This document shows, one piece after another, positions 1 through 11,684 of a stretch of DNA of 64,000 bases (position 1 is its first letter; the number at the start of each line of letters is the position of its first letter). Source of the stretch: Psammoneis japonica. Taxonomy: Eukaryota. A program made the translations under genes and the position numbers. The notes beneath the pieces were generated by a model. It was not told where the DNA came from, did not search any database, and saw nothing but the letters and a program-made list of their open reading frames with translations. The stretch covers positions 87,939-151,938 of the forward strand of contig QPGO01000038.1 in NCBI GenBank assembly GCA_008632985.1, given 5' to 3'.

Positions 1-42
1 CCCCGATTCTCCCACAACAGCCAGCAATTCTGCATCATCCCA

Positions 43-460
43 TCGTTGTTCTCGCTGGAGTGACCGACACGCAGCTCCCGCCATTTCCAGGCATGCTGCT
101 GCTGCTTCCCCAGGGTCCACTGGCCTGTCTGCCGCCGGTTCTCCCGTGACAGCGACTGATCCTGCAGGACACAATGGTCGTTCCCGCTTGAGTGACCGAC
201 ACGTGGCTCCCGCCATTTCCAGGCATGCTGCTGCTGCTTCCCTGGCGGCCGCTGACTCATCTGCCGCCGGCTCTCCCGTGATGGTGACTGATCCCACAGG
301 ACACAATGGTCGTTCCCGCTTGAGTGACCGACGTGCAGCTCCCGCCATTTCCAGGCATGCTGCTGCTGCTTCCCTTGTGTCCGCTGGCTCATCTGCCGCC
401 GGTTCTCCCGTGACAGCGACTGATCCCACAGGACACAATGGTCGTTCTCGCTGGAGTGGC
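43..460 (+). repeat. 132-bp (44-codon) tandem repeat, ~3.2 copies
   Basis: GAGTGACCGAC at 58, 190 and 322 and GAGTGG at 454 give a 132-bp period. Translates as the repeated peptide TDPxGHNGRSRLSDRxxAPAISRHAAAAS. Confidence 0.9.
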
Positions 461-490
461 TCCCCGTTGCTAGATGGCCCATCTGCAAAT

Positions 491-798
491 AAGACTGGCC
501 ACATAAAAAGGTGCTGACGGAGCTCGAAATAGCTCGAATGGTCGATTTTCAGGTGTGGACACCGATCGAAAGCTCTCGTCGAGCGCTTTTTATCCATGCA
601 TTGTGAGTTTATCAATTCCCATTTCCCAATGAATGGAGGCCGGTAAAACATTTCAATGGTCAAAATAATTTGTTATAAAACACATGTGTACATTGAGAAT
701 GGTCATTTATCATGCGATTGCATTCTGCGCGCTTTTTCTCAATGAACATTTTGGGAGCTCGAGAGCGCCCGTTAGCACCTTTTTATGTGGCCAGTCTT
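491..798. mobile_element. MITE with 30-bp TIRs and a 4-bp AAAT target-site duplication (AWWT, Sola-like)
   Basis: AAGACTGGCCACATAAAAAGGTGCTGACGG (491-520) is the reverse complement of 769-798 with one mismatch. AAAT lies at 487-490 and 799-802. Removing 312 bp rejoins ORF 146..517 to ORF 785..2200 in frame (PSAN-GARR). Confidence 0.88.
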
Positions 799-2101
799 AA
801 ATGGTGCTCGTCGTTTCCATCGGTCTCCGAAGCCCAATGTCCGAAAACAACATGCCACCATTTCTGGTTCATCATCCAGTGGCTCCTCCGCCACTTCTTG
901 TTCGGTTCCATCGACCACATCCACTCCTGTCAGGTCTGCCAGGTCCGTCCCGAGCCATCGTAATTGCAGCTCACGCACTTTAAGGAACACTCTGCTGTCA
1001 AGGCATGACCTCCCACCCCCTCCTGCTGGAAACAAGCGATCTTCCTCTGGTGCCTTAACGTCAAGTCACCATTCGAAGTGCAGTTGTCGAATTGATGTGT
1101 CTGCTTCTGGGTGCGAGTCTACAACCTCAATTTCCTCGTTGTCCACCAGATGCAATGGCAGCCCACCTGGCCAACGCCAGAATTCTGCGTCCGCCTCTTC
1201 CTCGCCCATTTTAGAAGGATGGTTTGGCCCTCCTGTGCATGCCGGGTTGTTCTTTTTTTGTGATGACGAGTCTTGCACATTTGATCCTCTGGAGGTGGGT
1301 GGCGACTCCAACGATTCTACCGACTCAGAAGAATCCGAACCTCCTGTGTTGCAGGCCCAACGACAGGGATGTCAATCTCTGTTGGAATCTCATGATGCAA
1401 ATTTCAGAAGGTGCTGCCAAGTGATTGATTGCTCTTCCTCCGAAAAGCCCAACGTTGCCTGCAAAGACATGTCCGTTGCTTGTTGTGACGAAGACACAGC
1501 GCATTTTCGGAAAGCACTGTTTTCCACACAGATGCGAAACAAGGACCCACCCTCCACTGCACTCAAAGCGAAGCATCCGGGTGAGCACTTTGTTCTTCCA
1601 GATCCTGACATGGCTTTGCTGTTTCCATGTGGGCACACTGGACTGGCTGCAATGACCAAGCCTCGCTGCAATCCCCACGGTGAGGTTAGAATTGAGGACC
1701 GAACTCGCTGCCTGTTGGAGGCCAATCGTCCAGGTGTCGATGTAAAAACTTTGGAACCGGGTCGACTGCATTCCGCAGTGTGTGGCGATCAACGAGTGGC
1801 GGTGGTTGTGGATGATGATGAACGGTGTTCTCGTATCCGCTTGCTGGGTCTAAAGCAAGTTTGGCGCGATTTTTGCCTTCGAGAGAAACCCGGTTGTCCA
1901 GGTCGACATCAGGTGCCCGTCACCGGAGAACGAGGAAATCGTGAAGTGACGGTTGGATCCAGTGGCGACCACAATGGAGTGAGAGGAGAAAATGGCACAT
2001 CGGTGCCCCAGCTCAACAAAGGCACCAAGTGCCAGCACCTCCAATGGCCAAGCTGGGTCAGTTGTTTGAGGACGCATGGGAAAAAGCTTTCCCCGGGATT
2101 C

Positions 2102-3147
2102 CAGTCATCGACAAATCATTGCACCCCAAGCGCCTTGACGATTTTGCCCGACAAATTCGTGAAGACGCACTCACCGAGTGCATGTCGATTGTTCCACTGA
2201 CATTCAAATTGGACGGCAGCATGACACTGACCGAGCACCTGCTCCATCACCTGGGCGGCTTTGGTTGCAAGAAATGGAGTCCGATCATGAGTGTGTGGAC
2301 AACCACACATTGTGAATTGTTGCACACAAATGTGTTGTTTCCGGCAACTGTGTTTTGGAAGGGATCCAACGCGAACTGCTGCCATCGAATGTGGGAGATG
2401 GAGAAGGCTGTCAAGCTGATCGTCGATCGCTGCAACAACGTGCCATTGCCGTGTCGCACAATCACACCCGCCACACATTGTCCACCTGCCGAAGGATGCC
2501 GCCGAGACCACATCCACTTGAATCCCCTGGTGGGCTTGTCCCCGGTGTTTGACATTGTTGACAAGATGTCAACGTGTTTGCATGACGAGCAGTGTCAACG
2601 AATGTCAGAACACCTGCTTGCCAACAGTCATCGACGAATCATTGCACCCCAAGCGCCTTGACGATTTTGCCCGACAAATTCATGAAGACGCACTCACCGA
2701 GTGCATGTCGATTGTTCCACTGACATTCAAATTGGACGGCAGCATGACACTGACCGAGCACCTGCTCCATCACCTGGACGGCTTTGGTTGCAAGAAATGG
2801 AGTCCGATCATGAGTGTGTGGACAACCACACATTGCGAAGTGTTGCACACAAATGTGTTGTTTCCGGCAACTGTGTTTTGGAAGGGATCCAACGCAAACT
2901 GCTGCCATCAAATGTGGGAGATGGAGAAGGCTGTCAAGCTGATCGTCGATCGCTGCAACAACGTGCCATTGCCATGTCGCACAATCACACCCGCCACACA
3001 TTGTCCACCTGCCGAAGGATGCCGCCGAGACCGCATCCACTTGAATCCCCTGGTGGGCTTGTCCCCGGTGTTTGACATTGTTGACAAGATGTCAACGTGT
3101 TTGCATGACGAGCAGTGTCAACGAATGTCAGAACACCTGCTTGCCGA
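2102..3147 (+). repeat. 523-bp tandem duplication (2102-2624 / 2625-3147)
   Basis: CAGTCATCGAC at 2102 and 2625; CACCTGCTTGCC at 2611 and 3134. About 10 differences between the copies. Confidence 0.95.
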
Positions 3148-4806
3148 CATTTGTGTTGCTGCAACTGCTCAAACAAACAACATGGAACGTTTTCATCGAT
3201 TTGGAACTCAGCATTTGGATGAATGGAGGAAAGTTAAATCCAATCCGTTGCCAAATGGATTTTCCAATGGATTTCGATGGTGGCTTTGAATGCACTGTCC
3301 CAGTGCAGACGGCAACGCCCAGCTTGACGGATCTGCCGGGGTTGGCGGCATTCGACACCAAAGCACCAACAGTCAACCAGTTTTGGATGCAACGCATGAC
3401 AGATCCATTTGCAGCTTTCATCAAATCATCTCTTTGCATCAAGGCAACGAGACAACATCTGCGAAGCATCCAAAGTTGGTGAACGAAGTCTCTAATTCGT
3501 TTCAATCCAGCGACAAGTTGAAAACCCAAAAGTTGAACCTCTGCTGTGTTGGCAACCTCAAGCAGCATGATCTGGGAATTGTCGATTCGCATTTGCCCGG
3601 AAGCAAACAATCCATAAAGAAATTCCGACAGTTGGGCACAAACCTTGAACGAAAGGATCAGCTGTGTCAGGTGGTTGCGGCCGCTGCGGCGGAACTGGAC
3701 ATTGCAACGCTGGAAGGCGAGGAGTGCGTGTGTTTGTTCACAAAGGACAGTCCCGACACTGTCGCGGGTGGCAGTGACAGTTGCATTGCAAATTGCAATC
3801 TGTTTGAGTGCAAGCACAGTCCAGGGAAAGCCCCAATTGTCGTCCAGCACCCTGCAGACTTGTCTCCTGCGGAAAAGCATGTGAGGAAAAATTTTGCCCA
3901 ACCGAGTGCGTCCGACAATGACTGTCGTCCGGAATGGGTTGATGCCTTCAATGCATCCACCAAATCCTGTTCTTTTGTTGCAAGGTTGTCCACGAGGAAG
4001 AACTTGGAGTTTATGGTTAAAGCAAAGACGTCTGACAAGGAACGAAACAAGTTGGAACAATCAAAGCTGCACTCTGACAAAATCATTTTGGATCCCATTG
4101 GTGTGGTTCAGACTTTGCCAAACAAAAACCACTGTCTTCCATTGCCCAATGTCATGAGGTTCCCAGCAGTTGATTGCCTGGGAATGAAGAGCGACAAGGA
4201 ATTGCGCTCGGCAATGAACGTCCAGCAAACCAGAGATGGTGGTCACCTCTGTGCGATGGATTGCAACGTCATTCGGTGAAGCGCAGTTGTTGGGGGAATG
4301 GATGCTCTTCATCATCATCGTTTGCCTCCTGCAGGTTTGAAAAGCAAATGCCGTGCATCGTGCCAAAGCAAAGCGGAGGCGTCAACGGCTTTTTTGTTGC
4401 ACTTGCTCTTCAACACGAACTTCGGCCATGGGCGTTCTTGGTTGTGGAAGCATCTCCGGCGAACAAGGGAATTTGTGCTCATGTTGCTGCTCACGAACCG
4501 GAAGGAAAACATCTCCAGCATGAAAGCAGCAGTGTTGGTGCATCGAGAATCAGTTGCCGAGAAAGAGCCAACGGCGCACGTGCAGCATTTGTTGGAGGAA
4601 AAAGGATCCATGCTGCCTCCTCTTGTTGTGACAAAAGATGTTCATGGATTTGTGGGGAACTGTTTGAACTGATCTCAATGTCGGGTCGCCGGCATCAATG
4701 GTTTGATTGTGAAATGCATTTGTCGCCAGTGCTTGCGTTTGCATCACTGCCACTTTCTCCGGCAACAAAAACAATCATGTTGACATTCCACCGGTGTGCC
4801 AACCCT

Positions 4807-7790
4807 TCAAGCTCTTTCCTGCTGACGGTGACACGCACAAAGACACCCTGGAACTCTGCATTGACAAACAACACAAAGGCAACAACTTTCCCCGAGGTGG
4901 GCTTTGTTGGACCCAAATGCATTGTGCACTGGCAACGGCGGTGGAGCGGTCCCGGGGAACGCTCCAGAATGATCTAACGGGATGCCTTGCAGAGCAGTTG
5001 GTTGAAACGGCATGGCCGACATTTGAAACAAAGCAGAAGGAGCAGATGAAACAATGGGCCATCCCGTGGGGCCAATGATGGGTGGTCCAACTGCTGGAGT
5101 TGTTTGGCCGGCATGGCCATTCTTCGATGGTGCAGCCTTGCATCGCTTCTTGGATGCTTCTTCTTTGCGAGCTTCAGTGTCAATCTTCATTTGGTCGATT
5201 CTCTCTTGGCGGGCGCATTTTCTGGTGGGAAGCTTGGTTGACCTTGATTGGATGATGTCTGCATGTTGCAGGATGGCGGCATGTGGGCACTTCATTGTTT
5301 TGCAGAACTCTTCGCAGTCTCCGATGAAGAGTTTCGCAACATCGGCCGACTCTGTCACTGTGACTTTGCACAAACCAGTGGTCAGTTTGTGCAGCGACTT
5401 GTGATCCAAAGCAGATTCTCCATGGGGGAACCCTTTCAACGCATTGTGGCAGTCCATGATTCGAGTTTTGTCAATCGTGTCCCCAACGCAGTCTTGAGTG
5501 TTGACGAGATGCCCACCTTCGCACGTTGCAATGTCGCGTTTTGTGTCTGGTCGGCCGATGTCCACCAACACATTGTTGGTCAGCGCTTTGTCTTCGTCCA
5601 ACATCCCATGCCTCCGTGAAACAGTGGACCGCTCTAGTGTGTGGGTGTGGACCATGGACGGCAGGGATGCATTCAGCGCATGGGAGAGGGTCACGCCAAG
5701 GGGAATCAAGCCGTTGATGGATTGCGAACCCTTCATTTCGAGATTCATCCTGTGAAACATCATGTGTGAGCATGGACCTGAATGATCAAAACTGTCCTGG
5801 GCAACAACGAACACTCACCTCTCGTGAGAGTTGTTCTGTGGAACCAAACAGGGCTCCCAGAAAGACGTGCAGCGCCAGTTTGCGAAGTCATCATCGTTGA
5901 TGCACTGTTCTGCAAACACATCCGCCAATTTGGTTTCGCCCGCCTTCCTCCATGACTCGAGCACCATGCCAGACATGGCATGGAACAACTCTACATTTTT
6001 GCACCGGTGGAGCATCCTCACGTCATGGATGGCAACTCTGGACAGGAAAGTCCTGTCCTTCATGCACTTCTGGTGTTGTCCGTTTCCTTGCCTCATGAAA
6101 TCTGTGCAGAACTTTCGGAGAATGTGAGGATGGCACATGCCTCTGGGATTGTCAGGGTGCAACAGCTTAAAAGCATTTGAGAAGGCTTTCGAGTGATCCG
6201 AGCAAAGTCCGCCTGCAAACTCCAAGTCGGTCATCCCGAACAAGTCCGACGCCGCCTTTTGCAAAGCACAGAACATCAACATGGCACCTTCTTCGTGCTC
6301 TCCGGTGGTCAAGCAGCAGCAAATTGGCTTGAGCATGCTGGAGCAGCAATGCTTTCCAGTTTTCTCTCATTTCGAAAAGTCGCTCACGCCGAATGCGATG
6401 AGAACAAAGTCATTGCAGACGACTCCATGAGTTCCATCTGTTGTGCCAACCACACAGTGCTCCAGGTTGCGACAATCACAGATGTTTCACAACAGACCGA
6501 GGGAGGAAAAACAACCGTGTTGTCCCTCGCTCCCAGGAAGGGACTCTTCGGACCTTTTCTTTTTCAGAACCTGGCTTCCAACTTGCCTTGTAGTTTGGTC
6601 AACCGTTGCTTGACTTTGCTGGGCAAGTCATCCGGCTGGAGCAAGCAGAACATGCACGTGTGTGGCACCCCATTTTTGCTCTGACGCTTGCCTCTCACAC
6701 CCCTCGCGTGCAGCCATTTGGCCTTTTCTTTCATGTGGACTTCCGAAGAAACGGGTTCTGCATCGAAACCCTCTGGAATCCGCAAACCCCATTTCCGACA
6801 GTGCGAAACCAGGTCTTGTGTGTACGAAATTTTGGTGTTGCATGCTTTTCCGTCTTGAAGAGAGTTTTCGGACGCAGGGTGTGCCGTTGTTGCCACCTCT
6901 CTTCGTCTCTGTGTGATGCAGTGGCAAATCTTGTTAGAAACCTTGTCACTGAGATCCTGCGTTTCGAACAACTCGGATGCAGACAGATCTTCCGAATTTG
7001 AAAAGTGGTCCACAGTTTTTCTCTGCATGTCCTTCGGCAGTGCGTTTGGGTTGCTTTCCATCATGAGCTGCACATGCAGTTTCACCACAGGAGGAAGACC
7101 CCTCGAGCCTTTTGCGAGAATGTGCTCCCGCCAAGTTCGGGGATTGTGACCATCATGGCCACATGTCACTTCCAACTTGCAGGGGCCAGTCGATGGTGCC
7201 GCGACAATGTTTGCTTTGAAGCTGCAACCCGGTTTTTTGCAGCTAAATTTGCTGACCACAGGAACAGAAGGATCTTTCTTCTTCTTCAAATTGTTGTCAT
7301 TGCGGTCGGCTTTAGCGTCTGGGCCTAGAAATTGTCGGGCGGCTGCAAAGGAGGGGAACAAATCTCCAGGGTGCGAATCAAGAGCAGGGCTAGAATCATC
7401 GGCTTCAGCCGAACGAGATGCCGTGTTGGTTGAAGAATTGGGCGCGCCGCCCTTTTTGACTTGCTCCACTTGAACAGCATTTGGAGCATGGGATGGCTCT
7501 TTTCCCGGCCGGATGCGTTTGGCTCGCTGGGTCACAAAATTGTCACAAACCGAGGCAACGAGTTGCTCGGCTTTGGGAGAGGGCATGAGCTCTGCAGCAT
7601 CTGTGACAAAGTCGACTCTCTCCATGAAAGCCTTGGTTTGTGGAGAGAGAAAGTCTCTGGGCTCCGTGGCAGCCTTGCGTGCCACTGCATTGAGGCAGGC
7701 ATCCCGGCCACGACCGACAGCCATCCCGGTTGCCACCTTCTCGATCCTTGTGCCCGGAGATGGCAAGGGCGGCTTCCCGCCATCAGGCAT
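4807..7790 (-). pseudogene. Mutator-like (MULE) DDE transposase with SWIM-type Zn finger, inactivated
   Basis: Motifs TTDGTHG (first D), LCSDHSKAFSNAF (second D), GMCHPHILRK (CxxH), PQNNSHER (E) and GDCEEFCKTMKCPH (SWIM-like). Three in-frame TGA stops (~6564, ~6487, ~6367) are consistent with CGA->TGA. Probable intron at ~5751-5818. Confidence 0.85.
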
Positions 7791-8969
7791 GAGGGACCAA
7801 AAGGAGCCGAGTGCAAACACAAACAAGAGACCATGCAACATGGTTGGCAATGAAGAGTTGTGGGAAGGATGCTCAAAAGGTGATGCCGAGGCCGATGCGG
7901 ACAGGGAATCGGGGCCACGTCGGAGGTGAGTTTCCCGCCAAAACCAAAACTTCCCGCCAAAAAACCAAATCCCACAGAAACCGTCGTTGCAGCACATTTT
8001 CAACAGTTCAAACAATTGCTTTGTAGAGTCACTGTGTTTTGCATTGCACGGGAAATTTTGAATTGAGTCCGTTCGGGAAGATTGGATTTCTCCGTCATCC
8101 CAAATGAGCACAGGAAATGAGCGATTGAATCATCTGAGTGGACTGCGATTTGGCGAGTGGCCATCAAACAGAAATGCCAATGCTGTGGTCATGTAAAACT
8201 GCCAATTGTCGGACGGGCGTCCATCTCGTTCAAAAACAAGAGCCAGCAAACTTGGACCCTCACTCATTTCTCGCACTTTCGAGCGAGTTGAACGCCAAGC
8301 CAAAGCTGCAGCACCATGACAACATTCAACAAGAGTGGAGCCAACAGCAAAAGGTGAGAAGGGAGTGGGGAAGAATCTGTTCATTGTGTGATTTGCAAAC
8401 AAAACGCTCACTCTGTCTTGCAACCATTTGCGTCGAACAGACCCGCAGCCGTGTCGAAATGGAGGATTGTCAAGATCTCGAAAGTGCTGAAGCAACCCAG
8501 GCAAAGACCAAGAGCAACCATGGCATTGAGATGTTTGTCAAGGGACTGTGCAGGACGGAAGGCAGTCGCAATGAAGAACCAGAAAGCTCTGGAGGTCTGA
8601 AGGCTGCATCGGCAGCGATTGGCTCAAGGTTTGATTTTGGGTCGCCGGCGAAGACATGGGTGCATGCAATGCAGAACGGGCATTTGTGTGTGATGCATTG
8701 ACAGTTTGTGCTGGGCGAGGAGGAGGCTGGTGTGCTTGTGATTTCACCGGCTGCGGTTGTTGTTGTCATGGTGAGTGCATCATTTTTGGTGGTTTCTGCG
8801 CGCAAAACAAACATGACTCATCTTACATTCATGCCTGGTTTCTTCTTGTCCAAATTTTCAAACATTTGTGCAATGACCAAAATGACCCATTTTGTCTTAA
8901 TTTGTCAATTGTTGTGACGGTTCGCAGTTGCACAAATGACCATTTTGCAGTTGCACATGACAAGCGAAC

Positions 8970-9161
8970 ATTGTTCGAAGTGTTCGAATTTTTGTCGAAA
9001 ACACATTGCCCTCCAAAGATTTTGATTTAAGTCGCCAATTGTTCGAACTTTTCATGTTGCCCTTTTGGTCACTTCGAACTCATTCGAAAAAAGTTCGAAC
9101 TCATTCGAACAAGTTCGAAGTGTTCGAACAAGTTGAACACAAGCTTTTTCGCACCGACCCC
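8970..9161. repeat. Subterminal cluster of palindromic TTCGAA motifs
   Basis: Repeated GTTCGAA/ATTCGAA units, including duplicated TTCGAACTCATTCGAA and GTTCGAAGTGTTCGAA. Confidence 0.7.
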
Positions 9162-9653
9162 AGCAGCATTCTACATGCATCACATGCCAGAATTTTTAAT
9201 TGTTCATTTGGTCATTCATGTCATTGCGAATTGACAACCACTGATTTTTGGCACGTGACACCACCACGATGACACGTTCCGTCGAACGAGTTCGGGCCCA
9301 CCCGGAACAGTCGCCAAGCCATTTGGGTGCAGCCATGTCAATGAGGTGCTTGCGGATCACACATGTCTCATTGGATTGGCAATTCTTCGTGGTTGACAAA
9401 CAAATGACGGCAAAGGATTCACGTGTTGTTTTGTCGTGCTTTGGCATAGAAAACCTGCGCACCGCAGGCCTTGCCGGCATGGCAGAAGAGAGCACGGCAA
9501 AACAACAACGTGAGATGTCACACCGAATTGTGCATGTGTGTGCTGCCAGCAGAACATCATTTGGCTTGGGTGCGGATGTCATCGTGACATCATCATTCGT
9601 CTCCCTGCCTTGCTTTTGTTTGTGAATAAAACAATCCAAGACGCACTCAGGTC

Positions 9654-10499
9654 ATGCACCTAGAGGAGCTAAAACAACCGGACGAATTGTCTTTCACAGA
9701 AATTGACAACAGGATCCTTGCAATCCGCCGGCATCTAGAACATTTCCCACCCAACGCAGGTGAGGATGGAGAGGCTCTGGAAGACCAACCGGAATTCACG
9801 GATGAGCAACATAAACATGCATTGCTTCGTATGGTCAACAATGAGTGGCGCGATCAGCCACAAGCTGGAGGCCAAGATGCCACGACGCTGTCTCTCAACA
9901 GTCTGCGAGAGAGGCTTGAGCAGCTAGAACTGCAAGACAAGCGTAAAAACAACTCGGCAACCAACCGAGATAATTTTCAAGGCGATCAGCCAAAGAAACT
10001 TTGTGAGTGGTGTAAGGACAAGAAACCGCACATAAAACTCACACACAACACCGTTGATTGCAAGTTCTTAAAACGAGCTCTCAAAGAGGCTAAAAAGCAA
10101 AACAACAACGACAATGATCAAAATGATCGCAACAATCGTCACGAGCATAAGCGCAACAACAACAAGCGTGACAACGGATGCCACGAATCGTCATGTGCGA
10201 TGAAGAGAGCAAAAAGAGACGACAGTCGTAGCCGCAGTCGCAGCCGACACAACTCTCGCAGCTCCAGTCGCAGTCCTCAATGCGACAGTGGCGACAGCTG
10301 CAGTGACTGGTTTTTTGATGTCGACACAGTCGAGTCAAGCGAAACCACGAGCAGACCGGGAAATCATAGATTTCAACGGCACTCTTGGGAAACGCATTGT
10401 CAGTGCCCAAAGCAGGCAAACTCGGCTCTCGGTGCAACCGATCCGAGGCGAGAACACGTCGTGATCAGGGAGTCACAGGCTCCTCAGACATGTTCGTGA
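9654..10499 (+). pseudogene. Retroelement gag-like fragment with a Cys/His knuckle
   Basis: Coiled segment followed by LCEWCKDKKPHIKLTHNTVDC and an N/R/S-rich tail, resembling an LTR-retrotransposon gag C-terminus. No pol or LTR pair was confirmed. Confidence 0.45.
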
Positions 10500-11684
10500 C
10501 TCGCGATTTGTGTTTAAAAAATTGATCCATCGATCCATCTCTGGACTCACCACAGATGCCATGCGCAGAGCCAGTTGATGCTGCAACTGTGCCTTGATGA
10601 CACATCATGAGCAAGTTCATTTTAGATGCTGCCGTGTGCGAAAACACGCAGACTGCGACTGCATGATGCATGACAGGACGAGTGCTTTTTGGATGCATGA
10701 CACATGCATTGTCACTGGGGATGCATGGTGCATGCATTGCCGACACATCATTGACAGGAGAGCATGATGCATGCACTGCCACAATGCAACAAACTATAAA
10801 ATTCAAAATGTCGATGGCACCATGACACATGTTGCACACGACCACAACACGTCTTCATAGAATTCGTGCTTAAAAATTTTGCGGCTCGCCTCTGCACGAG
10901 CAACCAAGAATGTCAAGCCCTGGCAGCAACATTCTTGGGGAAGTGAGTGCAATGCGCTCACCTGTGTTCTACAAACATCGGCTCTCAAAGATCCAAAAGG
11001 CATCTTGGAAGCCTGGCTCAGAACAGTTCACCGAAGCTGACTCAGTTTCAGACTCCGAGCAGAACAAACGAGCACACTGCAACTCCTTGTAATTTTCACT
11101 TTTGCACAGCAACAACATCTCACACTCGCTCTAGGATCAGACGTAGAGCTGGCTTGGTTGCTGCTCGGGATCCATTGCAATGCCGAAAAGAGGGGGGAAG
11201 GGGAGAACAAACTATGATGATGACAGGGCCACAATTGTCGTCTATGAGTTCTCTGTCACCAATTCGGGAACTCAGGATCGACTGCAATGCCCTTGTCCCT
11301 TCGAATCTTTTTCCACCTGCGTTGCATTGCATGAGTTCCCATCTCTTTCATGTCATCTCCAATGTTGTGTCCATGTGGCACCTCCCAGTGTGGTGCCCTG
11401 TTGGTGTCCGGCACAGTGCAGCACTCAGCGGCATTTGGCTTGGCCCGTCTGCTGTGGTGCTCTCCTTTTTGCTTCCCACCACAATGGAAACAGCACTGCA
11501 CCTGACGAGCGGAAGCTTTTCTTTTCTTGCTGCTGCTTTCTTGACTTGGGGGAGGTTCCGGCATTCGGGTGTGTTGCCTGTGTTGGACGGACTCCATGAC
11601 AGCTTCATTCCGAGTTGGTCTGCTCATCTGAACGGGTGGCAAATTCACGGGTTGGGACTCCCCTGGCACTCCACATGGCTCAGA

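Larger units (their letters stand above)
146..4977 (+). pseudogene. Decayed long ORF of unknown function, probably an accessory gene of the Mutator-like element, convergent with its transposase
   Basis: Chain of + ORFs (146-517, 785-2200, 2029-2661, 2549-3289, 3290-4279, 4298-4672). It is broken by the MITE, a 523-bp duplication, frameshifts and in-frame TGA stops (3287-3289, 4277-4279). Tyr is essentially absent. The 3' end is approximate. Confidence 0.5.
1..9161 (-). mobile_element. Mutator-like DNA transposon; the other terminus probably lies outside the window
   Basis: Contains the MULE transposase. Ends in a TTCGAA-rich subterminal array and a GGGGTCGGTGC (minus strand) terminus at ~9161. 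No matching TIR was found in the window. Confidence 0.5.

Noticed and set aside
490..799. TA target-site duplication (Tc1/mariner) for the first MITE
   Set aside because: Excision under that model removes 308 bp and leaves a frameshift, whereas the AAAT model removes 312 bp and restores the frame.
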